Source of the DNA: an uncultured Candidatus Saccharibacteria bacterium
Lineage (GTDB): Bacteria > Patescibacteriota > Minisyncoccia > Phycocordibacterales > PALSA-1337
NCBI GenBank assembly: GCA_964495685.1
Contig: CAZBVQ010000001.1
Coordinates: 297,521-361,520, forward strand
Direction: 5' to 3'
Length of the DNA stretch: 64,000 bases
The translations under genes were made by a program, and so were the position numbers. The notes below the pieces were generated by a model. The model made no database searches. It was given only the letters and a program-made list of their open reading frames with translations, and was not told the origin of the DNA. Below, piece after piece: positions 18,491 through 28,410 of this stretch. Position 1 is the stretch's first letter, and every line of letters starts with the position of its first letter.

Positions 18491-19720
18491 TTAACCGACG
18501 AGCTTCTTCATGTGCTTGGCTAGAAGGTCGAGGGGGATAATTTCTTGGGCATGGGTCTCAGTTTTGCGAACTACGGCAGTGCGTTCGACCGCCTCTTTCT
18601 TGCCTATGACTATAGTGTAGGGGGTGTGATATTTTTCGACAGTAGATACTTGTGCACCGAGGCGATCCTTCGCCAATGATACGTGAAGGGGTATTTTGAC
18701 CTGACGAAGACGTTCGATGACGTCGAGGGCCACGAGCTTGGATTCGAGTCCAAGCTGTACGAATGAGGCGATGGGGCGGCGCATTTTGGTGACGGTCTTG
18801 CGTAAGGAGGCGTCAGTGTCTGGACACAGGAGTGAAATGCCGACACCAGGAATATCACGCTTGAGGCCAAGACGCTTGGCTAGGCCATTGTAACGAACGC
18901 CGAGAGCGAGGATACGTGACTTGGGTTTCTTGTCAGATGAATCGGTGTTGATGATAGTGAAAATAGTCTCGGTACAATACTTGCGATTGCCAATGAGTGA
19001 ATTGTTGATGGTATAAGGAATAGCCAATGCCTCGAGATACTCGAGCACCTCCTCGAGGTGTCGTTTGCTGGTTTCTGAGAGGAAGTCCATAGAACGAGGA
19101 GCCTTTTCATTAATTTCGTGCGCACCAGTGACGTGCGACGCGAGGAGTTCGAAGACATCTTGTTTCATGAGCTGGCGGCATTCGGGAGTCATCGTGTTGA
19201 TATTCTTGCGATAATACGAGGTGAGTTCACGGGCAAATCGGGCGATCGAATCGCGGTCACCGATCGAATTGATCTCTACGGCGGTCGAGCTGTAGCCGAG
19301 TTCGTTCAACATGACACGAGCACTCTGGATGAGTGATGCCTCGGCGATTGCGCCAGATGACCCGAGTATTTCGAGGTCAGCATAACGATGATAATTACCC
19401 TTCTTGAGTGAGCCACGGCAGGGATCCTTGAAGTAAATCATGACAGGCTGGGGTAGGGACTGCAGGTCGTTTTCTTGGTACATGCGCATCAAGGCGATTT
19501 TTTCCTCAGCCCGAAGGGGGAGTTTGCCATGACGTTCTGTTTCATCATCGACGTAGTCACCTTCGAGGATGTCTTTGGCCGCATCGAGATCGGGTTTGGT
19601 TATGGCAGGACTCTTCATCGGTGTGAAGCCATAATACACAGCTGTCTCGCCGATTTTGTCGAGATGTTCGTAGGTGATGTATGTGCTCGTGGTCGCGTGG
19701 GTTTTCTTTTTGGTTGTCAT
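18491..19720 (-). CDS. hisS: histidine--tRNA ligase-like class II aaRS (HisS/HisZ family)
   Basis: 409 aa; HisRS-type motif LALGVRYNGLAKRLG (GGGRYDxL-like), C-terminal anticodon-binding domain pattern (TIVIGKKEAVERTAVVRK); divergent N-terminus. Confidence 0.65.
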   Translation of the reverse strand: MTTKKKTHATTSTYITYEHLDKIGETAVYYGFTPMKSPAITKPDLDAAKDILEGDYVDDETERHGKLPLRAEEKIALMRMYQENDLQSLPQPVMIYFKDPCRGSLKKGNYHRYADLEILGSSGAIAEASLIQSARVMLNELGYSSTAVEINSIGDRDSIARFARELTSYYRKNINTMTPECRQLMKQDVFELLASHVTGAHEINEKAPRSMDFLSETSKRHLEEVLEYLEALAIPYTINNSLIGNRKYCTETIFTIINTDSSDKKPKSRILALGVRYNGLAKRLGLKRDIPGVGISLLCPDTDASLRKTVTKMRRPIASFVQLGLESKLVALDVIERLRQVKIPLHVSLAKDRLGAQVSTVEKYHTPYTIVIGKKEAVERTAVVRKTETHAQEIIPLDLLAKHMKKLVG

Positions 19721-19732
19721 GGCAAGAATGCG

Positions 19733-20323
19733 TTATTCTGTATGTTCGCCAGGCAATATGCCGATCGAACTCAGTGGTGTCAGTCTGATAAGTGGTCGTC
19801 CGACGATGAAATGTTTTTGGAGGGGACCCCATAGACGAGAATCGGCACTCTGGGCACGATTGTCTCCCATCACGAAGTATTCGGTTGGTCCCAGCGTCTC
19901 TGTAAGCGAATCGAGCGACGCGTGAGAACTATCTATGTAGGACTCGTCGAGCGTGAACCCTTCGGGGTGCTCTGTATTTGTGATGGTGACGGTGCCGTGA
20001 TTGATCGAGACTGATTCACCCGGTAGACCGATAATACGCTTGATATAGTATGTACTCGGATTGAGTGGGTACTCGAACACGACGACATCACCACGACTGG
20101 GTGCGCCAAATCGGTAACTAATACGGTCGACGATCAGGAATTGGCCAGTCGAGAATGTGGGATCCATCGACGCACCTTGCACGATGAAAGGCTCGGCAAT
20201 GAAATAACGAATAGGGAGCGCAATGACGAGAGCGATGATGATGACCTGGAACCACTCACGTATCATCTGCACGGCGGTCTTTCGGTGAGATGGTGATGTA
20301 GGTTGCTGAGAGGGAGTATCCAT
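19733..20323 (-). CDS. lepB: signal peptidase I
   Basis: Boxes GASMDPT, YIKRIIGLPGE, GDNRAQSADSR; N-terminal TM. Confidence 0.9.
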   Translation of the reverse strand: MDTPSQQPTSPSHRKTAVQMIREWFQVIIIALVIALPIRYFIAEPFIVQGASMDPTFSTGQFLIVDRISYRFGAPSRGDVVVFEYPLNPSTYYIKRIIGLPGESVSINHGTVTITNTEHPEGFTLDESYIDSSHASLDSLTETLGPTEYFVMGDNRAQSADSRLWGPLQKHFIVGRPLIRLTPLSSIGILPGEHTE

Positions 20324-20368
20324 GAATAATGAGTCTTACGGTGGGGACATTTTACTACCAAAAGTGGT

Positions 20369-20398
20369 TTGACACAAGGGTTTTTTTCAATCTATACT
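20369..20398 (+). promoter_or_regulatory. sigma70-type promoter TTGACA-N18-TATACT for pth (likely leaderless transcript)
   Basis: -35 TTGACA at 20369-20374 and -10 TATACT at 20393-20398; the ATG at 20405 sits about 7 nt downstream of the -10. Confidence 0.5.
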
Positions 20399-20404
20399 AC
20401 TGCC

Positions 20405-20998
20405 ATGCCATACATCATCGCAGGTCTCGGTAATCCAGGTCCGGAATATGACGCTACACGTCACAACACAGGACGTATCATACTCGAAGCACTTCGTGCC
20501 GAGTATGCTGAGGACGATTTCAAGTACGACAAGAAGCTCAACGCACACGTCGCCAAAGGCAAAATCGGTAAGGAAACAGTGACGTTCGTTGCGCCAGACA
20601 CATTCATGAATAATTCAGGCAAGGCACTCGCCCCACTGGTCAAGAGTGTCAAAGCGGCTGAGAAGATGATTGTGATCTACGATGATTTCAACTTGCCTCT
20701 AGGTCGTATTCGTATCTCGTTCAATCGCAGCTCGGGTGGCCACAATGGTCTCGAATCCATCATCAAGTCGGTCAAGACAGAAGCATTCCCGCGTATTCGT
20801 ATCGGTGTCGCTCCCGAAAACGCAAAAGGCAACGCCAAGACGCCTCATGGCGATGAAAAAATCGAGAAATTCATTCTCGGTAAACTCAAAGATGAGGAAG
20901 TGAAAGAGCTCAAGAAAGTCACCAAGAATGTAGTCGCGGCCGTCGAGGTCATGGTGCGCGAAAGTCGTGAGAAGGCGATGAGTATGTACAACGCGTGA
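20405..20998 (+). CDS. pth: peptidyl-tRNA hydrolase
   Basis: Start MPYIIAGLGNPGPEYDATRHNTG (Pth signature GLGNPG...TRHN); 197 aa. Confidence 0.9.
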   Translation: MPYIIAGLGNPGPEYDATRHNTGRIILEALRAEYAEDDFKYDKKLNAHVAKGKIGKETVTFVAPDTFMNNSGKALAPLVKSVKAAEKMIVIYDDFNLPLGRIRISFNRSSGGHNGLESIIKSVKTEAFPRIRIGVAPENAKGNAKTPHGDEKIEKFILGKLKDEEVKELKKVTKNVVAAVEVMVRESREKAMSMYNA

Positions 20999-21045
20999 GC
21001 CTGCGAACGCAGCCGTGGTCGTATGACCGCAACGCGTGAGCCAAC

Positions 21046-21085
21046 AAAAAATCCCATGGAGGGGAACTTCGCGGGATTTTTTGTT
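21046..21085. terminator. bidirectional rho-independent terminator (pth / rpsA)
   Basis: AAAAAATCCC-N17-GGGATTTTTT hairpin between convergent genes. Confidence 0.8.
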
Positions 21086-21090
21086 TATAT

Positions 21091-22311
21091 CTATTTCTTC
21101 TCTCCAGAATATGACAGAGCCATTTTCTGTTCCTTGGGATCGAAGAGGGTAATCTTGAACGGATATGTCTTGCCGAGCTCGAGTGTCTTGCGGAGTTTCT
21201 CCTCCGAGCCGAACTCTGAGACGTGTACCAATCCAGCGACGCCTTCTTCGATAGAAGCGAGGGCGCCATGCTTGTTGAATTTGATGATGACACCAGTGAC
21301 GGACATGTCTTTCTTGTACTTCTTGGTGGCCTCGGTCCACGGATTGGGCTTCATCTGCTTGAGTGACAATGAAATCTTGCCATCCTTGATCTCGATAATC
21401 TTGGCCTTGATCTTCTGGCCAGTCTTCACGAAGTTGCGCGGATCATCGACGAGACCCCAGTCGATCTCTGAAATATGGACCAAGCCCTCGAGACCTTCTT
21501 CGAGTTTGACGAAGATGCCGAAGTCGACCACGCCAGTGACCAGACCGTCGACTTCGTCACCAATCTCGTACTTGCTAACGACCTTCTCCTTCTCTTTGCT
21601 CTCTTGGCCTTTCTCAGAGAAAATGAGTTTACCTTCCTTGGGATCAGCGGTGATGATGGCGACTTGGAGACGAGTACCGATGAGTTTCTTGAGCTCCTCG
21701 AGGATCTTGTCTTTGTCACCGTCAGCGACCTTGGGATAGTGTTCAGACTTGAGCTGAGATGCTGGCAAGAAGCCGACGATGCCTTGCCATTCGATCATGA
21801 GACCACCCTTGTTGGCTTCCTTGACTAGGAGGTCGAGAGTGCGCTTCTCCTTGATAGCGGCCTCTGCTTCACTCCAGATGAGCGCCTGGCGAGCTTCTTT
21901 GAGTGACAATTCGTAGTAACCTTCTTTGTGAGCGGTATCGACGATCTTTGCAGCGATAACATCACCGACATTGATCTTCTTGATGACATCGCGAGCGATG
22001 ATGAACTCACGGCCGTAGATGATACCGGTACCGAAGGGAGCGAGGTCGATGAATACCGATGACTTCTCGATAGCGATGACTGGTCCTTCGACGAGGTCAC
22101 CGATAATCGGAGGATTCTTCATGGACGCAATCATGCCACCCATAAGGCTGGCCTTCTGGGCGTCAGTGAGCTCCATGTCATCTTTCTTGGCGACTTCGCC
22201 TTCAGGCTTTGTCTTCTTCTTGCTTGATGTCGCTTTGGTTTCGGCTGGAGCAGCGACAGTCTCCGTGATTTCTTCCTTGCCGACGAGGGTTTCTTTAAGT
22301 TTCTTGAACAT
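21091..22311 (-). CDS. rpsA: 30S ribosomal protein S1 (four S1 domains)
   Basis: Repeated S1 OB-fold units (GxVxG...V...KFGAFV-like: GIVGFLPASQL, GLVTGVVDFGIFVKL, GVIIKFNKHGALASI); 406 aa. Confidence 0.9.
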   Translation of the reverse strand: MFKKLKETLVGKEEITETVAAPAETKATSSKKKTKPEGEVAKKDDMELTDAQKASLMGGMIASMKNPPIIGDLVEGPVIAIEKSSVFIDLAPFGTGIIYGREFIIARDVIKKINVGDVIAAKIVDTAHKEGYYELSLKEARQALIWSEAEAAIKEKRTLDLLVKEANKGGLMIEWQGIVGFLPASQLKSEHYPKVADGDKDKILEELKKLIGTRLQVAIITADPKEGKLIFSEKGQESKEKEKVVSKYEIGDEVDGLVTGVVDFGIFVKLEEGLEGLVHISEIDWGLVDDPRNFVKTGQKIKAKIIEIKDGKISLSLKQMKPNPWTEATKKYKKDMSVTGVIIKFNKHGALASIEEGVAGLVHVSEFGSEEKLRKTLELGKTYPFKITLFDPKEQKMALSYSGEKK

Positions 22312-22490
22312 GTGAATGTTCCGCCGCCCCGTTTTTTAGACTAATAAATAAAATTTCGGGATAACGCGCGGATTGATAAAGGAACACGTACCTAACCGAA
22401 GCTTCACGCTTCGAAGTCTCGATAATACATCACGATTGCTTTTTTGTCGAGCCCGGCGTAGAGTGTGCGGTGGAAGGGAGAAAAAGCTTT

Positions 22491-22778
22491 ATGAAAAAAA
22501 CACTGTTTCAGTCGGATAAACATGTGCCGGTGTTGGAGATACCTGCCACGCTTGAAGGAAAATGGAAGTTGTACACCGCTCTCCGAGAGCGTGCCCGCGT
22601 ACAACTCGGAGTACTCTCGTTCAATGTGAGGACGGTTCCTTTTGGGACGAAACACAGTTGGTCAGCGAAGAAGATTTGTGCGATGAAATTGGAGGTGGCG
22701 TGTGCCACATTGTGGTGTCTTATTCATCAGCCACAGGCTATGGAACCCGTTCCGGAAACACGTAAGTTCCGGCTCTGA
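22491..22778 (+). CDS. hypothetical protein
   Basis: ATG 22491 preceded by GGAAGGGAG; 95 aa; no family recognised; competes with a GTG-initiated antisense ORF at 22404-22655. Confidence 0.35.
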   Translation: MKKTLFQSDKHVPVLEIPATLEGKWKLYTALRERARVQLGVLSFNVRTVPFGTKHSWSAKKICAMKLEVACATLWCLIHQPQAMEPVPETRKFRL

Positions 22779-22794
22779 ATGAAAGGATCGGACC

Positions 22795-23172
22795 ATGAAA
22801 ATTCGAAAAACTCCACCGCGAACTCTCGAAGGGCTCGAGATCTGGCTGCAACGACAGGGGCGTGAATGTCGTCACACCGTCGAAGAAGATCTGAAGTCAC
22901 TACCTGATGATCCAGAGGCTCGGCGATCGCGTCTCAAGGAGTGGTGGTATCACCTCGAAAAAGGGAGGCCGCTTCCGGAGATCGGTGAGATTATTCGTCA
23001 GTCCGAGATGGTGAAATATCGTCAGGCTCGTGAAGAAGCGGAGCGTCAGGCTGCAATACGTAGATCGCTAACCACGAACAGAAAGCGAATCACGCAGTAC
23101 AGAAAACCTGACTCTGAGTGGCGACCACACCGTGGTCCGAAAAAACCGCTACCTTGGCCATGGCCACGCTAG
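22795..23172 (+). CDS. hypothetical basic, Arg-rich protein
   Basis: ATG preceded by AAAGGA at 8 nt; 125 aa, highly charged (WWYHLEKGRPLPEIGEIIRQSEMVKYRQAREEAERQAAIRR). Confidence 0.4.
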   Translation: MKIRKTPPRTLEGLEIWLQRQGRECRHTVEEDLKSLPDDPEARRSRLKEWWYHLEKGRPLPEIGEIIRQSEMVKYRQAREEAERQAAIRRSLTTNRKRITQYRKPDSEWRPHRGPKKPLPWPWPR

Positions 23173-23240
23173 CAACCGCGCCTCGCAAGGGGTGCGGTCA
23201 CTTTTTTTATTGGCACCAATCTGCTACCATATTGGGCACT

Positions 23241-23873
23241 ATGATCATCAATTATCTCGGCGGACAATTCGTGAAAATCCAGTTTGGCGATACCATTCTT
23301 GCCTTCAACCCTGTCTCAAAGGAATCCAAGCTCAAGGCGAGCAAGTTTGGTGCTGATATTGTACTCACCAGCGTCAATCATCCTGACATGAATGGTGTCG
23401 ATCAAGTGTCATTCGGTGACAAGAAACCGTTCGCAATCGCTGGTCCCGGTGAATATGAAGTCAAAGGTGTATTCATCAAAGGTTTCGGCTCTGAATCTGG
23501 CTACGACAAGGAGAAACGTCTCAATACAATATATACAGTCACTCTCGAGGGCATGAACATTTGTTTCTTGGGCGCGATCAATACTACGGAATTGCCCAAA
23601 GAGGCAGATGAAAACATTGATGCCGTCGATATCCTCTTTGTGCCGATCAGTGGTGATGGTGTTCTCGATCCAGCCAAAGCCTACAAGCTTGCTGTATCTA
23701 TCGGTCCCAAAATCATTATTCCGGTAAATTATGGTGATACCGGTGACAAAGATACCCTCAAGAAATTCCTCAAGGAAGCCGGTGAGAATCCCAAACCAGA
23801 GCCCAAGCTTACGCTCAAGAAGAAAGATCTCGAAGGTAAAGATGCTGATGTGGTAGTGCTGGAGAGGGAATAG
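23241..23873 (+). CDS. MBL-fold metallo-hydrolase family protein
   Basis: Trimmed to internal Met (MIINYLGGQFVKIQFGD...); beta-lactamase-fold pattern with D/H-containing segments (LTSVNHPDMNG, DILFVPISGDG). Confidence 0.6.
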   Translation: MIINYLGGQFVKIQFGDTILAFNPVSKESKLKASKFGADIVLTSVNHPDMNGVDQVSFGDKKPFAIAGPGEYEVKGVFIKGFGSESGYDKEKRLNTIYTVTLEGMNICFLGAINTTELPKEADENIDAVDILFVPISGDGVLDPAKAYKLAVSIGPKIIIPVNYGDTGDKDTLKKFLKEAGENPKPEPKLTLKKKDLEGKDADVVVLERE

Positions 23874-23971
23874 GGGATTAAATTACAAATCACAAAGTAC
23901 AATTTGGTGCTTTTGGGGGTGTACAACAACGCTTGTCAGCAACCTCCAATGACTGTAAACTTATAGCTACC

Positions 23972-24271
23972 ATGTCCTTCCAGACTCATCTCGAAAATCT
24001 GCGCGCCAAGCCGGAACATGTACGCAAGCGTTTCGCTTTCTGGTCATCACTTAGTGTCACGGTGATTATTTTTGCATTTTGGCTCGCCTCATTCACTACG
24101 AGTGTTGTTTCACCTCGTAACGCAGTGACCCAAGCAGTCGCTCAAGCGGGTACACCGGGTCAATCACTCATTGCCGGAGTCGGCACTTTTCTCGCAGATA
24201 TCAAAGAGATGATTTTCGGTACAAAAAAGATCACCTACAAGGAGGTAGAGGTGTTGCCGGGGAAGAAATAA
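23972..24271 (+). CDS. hypothetical small membrane protein
   Basis: ATG at 23972 (the ORF in the track begins with TTG at 23933); one TM helix; 99 aa. Confidence 0.4.
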   Translation: MSFQTHLENLRAKPEHVRKRFAFWSSLSVTVIIFAFWLASFTTSVVSPRNAVTQAVAQAGTPGQSLIAGVGTFLADIKEMIFGTKKITYKEVEVLPGKK

Positions 24272-24280
24272 TTTCTATAT

Positions 24281-24306
24281 AAAAATACCACAGCGGGGGC
24301 TGTGGC
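24281..24306 (-). terminator. rho-independent terminator for a minus-strand transcript
   Basis: CCACAGC-GGGGG-GCTGTGG hairpin; minus-strand reading is followed by TATTTTT. Confidence 0.6.
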
Positions 24307-24337
24307 ATCGGCGTTCAATGGGAGTCTAGTCAACTGG

Positions 24338-24811
24338 TCACCCTCTCGACTCTGGACGAGTAATATTGAGAAATTGGCCCAGGAAGACGGTATTCTTGCT
24401 GCCCTCCATGATACGGGCGGCATCTTTTGGTCGGAGCAAGCGCGGTCTGGAATGTAGTGCAAGCGCGATCACGCATGCCTCACTGAGGTGGTGCGATAAT
24501 GATCCGTAAAATGACAGGATTAACCTATGTGTCCGGATTGTGCCTAGATGACTTCCGCCCAAGCTGAGGTCTTGAGGAGGACGATCTTGCATAATCTGGG
24601 CACGATTTTGTGCGTGCCAGGCAAACAGGCCCGCATCTTTGTCTCGCATCATACCGATAGGCAAGACGAATTCGAGTCTCGATTTTCGCCAATCTTGGAC
24701 GCAGAGGAATCCGCCCGCTAGGCCACTATGTTGATGTCTGGGAGTGGCATGCGCACGTGCGACGATTGATTCCATGAGGGCAACCACAGTCTCTCGCTGC
24801 TTGTGTTCCAT
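24338..24811 (-). CDS. unknown 157-aa ORF inside a GC-rich promoter-to-terminator unit (alternative reading: structured ncRNA)
   Basis: Single long ORF spanning almost the whole predicted transcript (promoter 24853-24881, terminator 24281-24306) but with no SD and no recognisable domain; see findings. Confidence 0.3.
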   Translation of the reverse strand: MEHKQRETVVALMESIVARAHATPRHQHSGLAGGFLCVQDWRKSRLEFVLPIGMMRDKDAGLFAWHAQNRAQIMQDRPPQDLSLGGSHLGTIRTHRLILSFYGSLSHHLSEACVIALALHSRPRLLRPKDAARIMEGSKNTVFLGQFLNITRPESRG

Positions 24812-24852
24812 AGTTATTTAATGAGCCGTAGGTTCAAAGCTGTTTCAGGCAA

Positions 24853-24881
24853 AATTTACACACAAAATCCATCAAAGTCAA
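24853..24881 (-). promoter_or_regulatory. candidate sigma70 promoter TTGACT-N17-TAAATT (minus strand)
   Basis: Read on the minus strand; divergent from the gyrA promoter. Confidence 0.4.
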
Positions 24882-24902
24882 GTCGCATCGCGTCACCTTT
24901 TT

Positions 24903-24911
24903 TGGTATAAT
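24903..24911 (+). promoter_or_regulatory. extended -10 promoter TGgTATAAT for gyrA
   Basis: TGGTATAAT with no good -35; about 105-nt leader containing TTCAACAA/TTGAACAA inverted repeats. Confidence 0.55.
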
Positions 24912-25015
24912 ATGGAGTAATTCAACAAGGGAACCATTGAACAATTGCTCAGATTAATTCTCGGGTAGCTGTACCGAATTGTTTAATAGTTCCTTTGTTC
25001 AATTGTTGAATTCTT

Positions 25016-27490
25016 ATGGCCAAAAAGAATGAGAAAGCCCAAGAAGATGTAGCGCCACGCCCTGAGGGCGCTGGTGTTGTTCCGCGCAATATCACCACCG
25101 AGATGCGCGAGTCATTCCTCGACTACGCTATGTCAGTCATCACTGACCGTGCGCTCCCTGATGTACGTGATGGACTCAAGCCGGTGCATCGTCGCATCCT
25201 CTACGCCATGCACGAGAAGGGTCTCACATTCCAGTCCAAATTCCGCAAATCAGCTGTCGTCGTCGGTGACGTACTCGGTAACTATCACCCCCACGGTGAC
25301 GTCGCCGTGTATGATTCGATGGTCAAGATGGTGCAGGACTTTACTATGCGCTACCGCCTCATTCAAGGCCAAGGCAACTTCGGTACCGTCGATGGTGACT
25401 CCGCTGCTGCCATGCGTTATACCGAAGCCAAGATGTCTCGTATCGCAGCCGAGTTGCTCCGCGATATCGACAAGAACACAGTCGATTTCCGCCCCAACTA
25501 TGACGGTACACGCAAAGAACCCTCAGTCCTCCCGACTGCTGTACCCAATTTACTTTTGAATGGCACACTCGGTATCGCTGTCGGTATGGCCACCAACGTC
25601 GCTCCGCACAACCTCGGCGAAGTGGTCGACGCTACCACATTCCTGATCGACAATGCAGATGCTTCCAATGAAGACCTGTTCCAATTCATCAAAGGTCCTG
25701 ATTTCCCGACGGGCGCTATCATGTATGGCGAGAAAGACATTCATCATGCTTATGCTACCGGTCGTGGCGGTATCACCGTACGTGGTGAAGCTGAGATCGT
25801 CGAAGACAAGAAGGGTCAGTACCAGATCGTCATCTCTTCGATCCCGTATCGCGTCAACAAATCCGAACTGATCATCCGTATGGCAGATCTGGTCCGCGAC
25901 AAAATCATCGAGGGTGTTCGTGGCTTGCGCGACGAATCAGACAAGGAGATGCGCATTGTGCTCGATCTCAAGCAGGGTGCGTATCCCGAGAAGGTCCTCA
26001 ACCAGCTCTACAAGCATACCCAGCTCGAAGAAGCGTTCCACATGAACATGGTCGCTCTGGTCAACGGTGTTCCACAGACATTGTCTCTCAAATCTGTACT
26101 CGAAGAATTCGTCGACCATCGTATCGACGTTATCCGCCGCAGGACACAGTTCGATCTCGATGCTGCAGAAGCACGAGAGCACATTTTGCTCGGTCTCAAG
26201 AAGGCACTCGATCATATCGATGAGATCATCACCCTCATTCGTGCTTCCAAGGATGTAGCAGATGCCAAGGCTGGACTCATGAAGAAGTTCAAGTTCAGTG
26301 ACTTGCAGGCGCAGGCCATTCTCGATATGCGTCTCCAGAAGCTCGCTGGCCTCGAGCGCAAGAAAGTCCTCGACGAACTCAAAGAAGTCCAGGCGCTCAT
26401 CGAAGAACTCCAGGGCATTCTCGGCTCTGAGAAGAAAGTGCGCACTATCATCAAGACTGAGCTTGCAGATATCAAGACCAAATATGGTGACGACCGTCGT
26501 ACCAAGATCGTCAAGCATGGTGTCAAAGATTTCAATCCAGAAGATCTGATTGCTGATGAAGAGTCAGTACTTGTCCTTACCAAAGGTGGCTACGTCAAGC
26601 GCACCAATCCTGATGAATATCGCAAACAGAAGCGTGGCGGCGTCGGTGTCGTCGACCTCGATACCAAGGAAGAAGATTTCATTTCACATCTCGTGTTCGC
26701 CACTACTCACAATGACCTCCTGTTCTTCACCGACAAGGGCAAGGCATATCAGATCAAAATGTATGATATTCCTGAGGGCAAGCGTGCTACCAAGGGCAAG
26801 TCAGTCATGAACTTCCTGTCACTCGCAGAAGGGGAGCACGTCACTTCTATTCTAGCTATGCCCAAGAACAAGAAAGAAGCTGATGGTCTCTCACTCATGA
26901 TGGTCACCAAGAATGGTACTGGCAAGAAATCTTCAGCATCTCATTTCAAGGACGTACGTCGTTCGGGTCTCATTGCTATTACGCTCGATGCAGGTGATGA
27001 GCTCATCTCTGCCTCGTTCGTTTCCAAGAATGACACGATCACTATCGCTACGAGGGAAGGTCAGTCGATCCGATTCAAGGAATCTGATATTCGTGAAATG
27101 GGTCGTAATGCAGCCGGTGTGCGTGCTATCAAACTCGACAAGAAAGACGCAGTCATCTCTGCTGACGTTGTCTCCAATGATGCCAAGAATCCGGCACTCT
27201 TCGTTATGGGCGCCAATGGATACGGCAAGAAGACTAAGCTCGATGAGTACAAGGTCCAGGGTCGTGGTGGCTCAGGTATTCTCACCATGAATGTCACGTC
27301 GAAGACGGGTCCTCTCATGGCTGCCAAGGTGGTGACTGATGATGAGGAGGAGATCGTGGCTATGTCCAAGAAATCACAGGTCATCCGTATCGACATCAAA
27401 GAAATTCCGACATTGAGTCGTGCCACACAAGGTGTGCGCGTCATGAAACTCCGAGAGGGGGATTCACTGGCGAGCTCGGTGTGTTTGTAA
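25016..27490 (+). CDS. gyrA: DNA gyrase subunit A
   Basis: 824 aa; active-site region [29 protein letters not shown]-terminal beta-pinwheel repeats. Confidence 0.95.
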   Translation: MAKKNEKAQEDVAPRPEGAGVVPRNITTEMRESFLDYAMSVITDRALPDVRDGLKPVHRRILYAMHEKGLTFQSKFRKSAVVVGDVLGNYHPHGDVAVYDSMVKMVQDFTMRYRLIQGQGNFGTVDGDSAAAMRYTEAKMSRIAAELLRDIDKNTVDFRPNYDGTRKEPSVLPTAVPNLLLNGTLGIAVGMATNVAPHNLGEVVDATTFLIDNADASNEDLFQFIKGPDFPTGAIMYGEKDIHHAYATGRGGITVRGEAEIVEDKKGQYQIVISSIPYRVNKSELIIRMADLVRDKIIEGVRGLRDESDKEMRIVLDLKQGAYPEKVLNQLYKHTQLEEAFHMNMVALVNGVPQTLSLKSVLEEFVDHRIDVIRRRTQFDLDAAEAREHILLGLKKALDHIDEIITLIRASKDVADAKAGLMKKFKFSDLQAQAILDMRLQKLAGLERKKVLDELKEVQALIEELQGILGSEKKVRTIIKTELADIKTKYGDDRRTKIVKHGVKDFNPEDLIADEESVLVLTKGGYVKRTNPDEYRKQKRGGVGVVDLDTKEEDFISHLVFATTHNDLLFFTDKGKAYQIKMYDIPEGKRATKGKSVMNFLSLAEGEHVTSILAMPKNKKEADGLSLMMVTKNGTGKKSSASHFKDVRRSGLIAITLDAGDELISASFVSKNDTITIATREGQSIRFKESDIREMGRNAAGVRAIKLDKKDAVISADVVSNDAKNPALFVMGANGYGKKTKLDEYKVQGRGGSGILTMNVTSKTGPLMAAKVVTDDEEEIVAMSKKSQVIRIDIKEIPTLSRATQGVRVMKLREGDSLASSVCL

Positions 27491-27491
27491 T

Positions 27492-28184
27492 GTGTCAATG
27501 AAAGAAGAAAATCCTTTTGAAGACAAAACGGTGGCGCAAGAATGGATTGATTCTATCGAGAATCAAGGCTCACGGACTCGGGAGATGGAGATTTACCCGA
27601 TGCTGAATTCTTGGGTGAAAGAATTCAAACCAGAAACAATTATTGAGGTTGGCTCGGGTCAGGGTATTTGTTCCGCTGCTTTCGATACTGGGGAATTAGA
27701 ATATGTTGGGATTGAGCCGTCAGAGTATTTATTGCATCGTGCACAAGAGAAATACGCAAATGCACAGAGGACATTTGTACAAGGAGATGCATACTCACTA
27801 CCTTTGGATGCTGAGTCGGCTGATGCAGCGTTTTCTGTTGGCGTCTGGTTTCATATAGATGATCTAGATAGAGCGCATGCTGAGTTGGCTCGGGTGCTAC
27901 GTAAGGATGGTCGGTTGTTGATATTTACTGCAGACATAGGTGCGCGAGACGTCTGGGAATCGTGGTTTGATAAGCCAAAGGTTGACGGCAAACGTGTCCA
28001 AGGAGCCGTCTTTGTTCCTGGTGGAAGGTTGTCAAAAAATATTTTTTATTTTCATTCAACAAAAGAAATCGCTGAATCGTTGGAGAAACACGGATTTATT
28101 ATTGAGGATATCAAAACAATAGGATTTGGAGGTGGAGAGCGAACTAGGGGAATTTGGGTTGCAATACGAGCCAAGAAAAAGTGA
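27492..28184 (+). CDS. class I SAM-dependent methyltransferase
   Basis: Motif I IIEVGSGQGICS; 230 aa. Confidence 0.75.
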   Translation: MSMKEENPFEDKTVAQEWIDSIENQGSRTREMEIYPMLNSWVKEFKPETIIEVGSGQGICSAAFDTGELEYVGIEPSEYLLHRAQEKYANAQRTFVQGDAYSLPLDAESADAAFSVGVWFHIDDLDRAHAELARVLRKDGRLLIFTADIGARDVWESWFDKPKVDGKRVQGAVFVPGGRLSKNIFYFHSTKEIAESLEKHGFIIEDIKTIGFGGGERTRGIWVAIRAKKK

Positions 28185-28197
28185 GCAAAATAACTGA

Positions 28198-28344
28198 GTA
28201 TCGTTCATCGAAATTGGACATCTTGATGTGAATGATTTTGAAGACGGACTCCATCCCAATGCATCAGGGCATCAGAAGATTTTCGAGCAGGTCGATAGAT
28301 TTATGAACGACAATAAGTGGAGGCGGCTTCGGGTACATAAATGA
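28198..28344 (+). pseudogene. C-terminal remnant of an SGNH/GDSL hydrolase
   Basis: Open frame with no start codon encodes ...GHLDVNDFEDGLHPNASGHQKIFEQV..., the block V DGxHP catalytic-His motif of SGNH hydrolases; the N-terminal catalytic blocks are absent. Confidence 0.5.
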
Positions 28345-28410
28345 GAAAGACCTTCGTGAGAATGGCCCGAAGGTCAGTCTCACGAAGGTCATTTCGAGGG
28401 TTTTTCAACA

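Noticed and set aside
24295-24700. tmRNA, suggested by GGGGCTG at 24295 resembling the tmRNA 5' end
   Set aside because: No matching 3' acceptor partner, no T-arm (GGTTCGAATCC-like), and no tag-peptide reading frame were found; the GGGGCTG is part of the terminator palindrome
24480-24720. Confident call of RNase P RNA
   Set aside because: Only fragments resemble the P4 and GUGCCAGG motifs, and the CR-II-like segment is in the wrong order; kept as a hypothesis in findings, not called as a feature
25074-27498. Numerous overlapping ORFs inside gyrA on both strands (for example 25937-26518 minus, 26212-26583 minus)
   Set aside because: Shadow ORFs typical of long GC-balanced genes; gyrA is intact and conserved throughout
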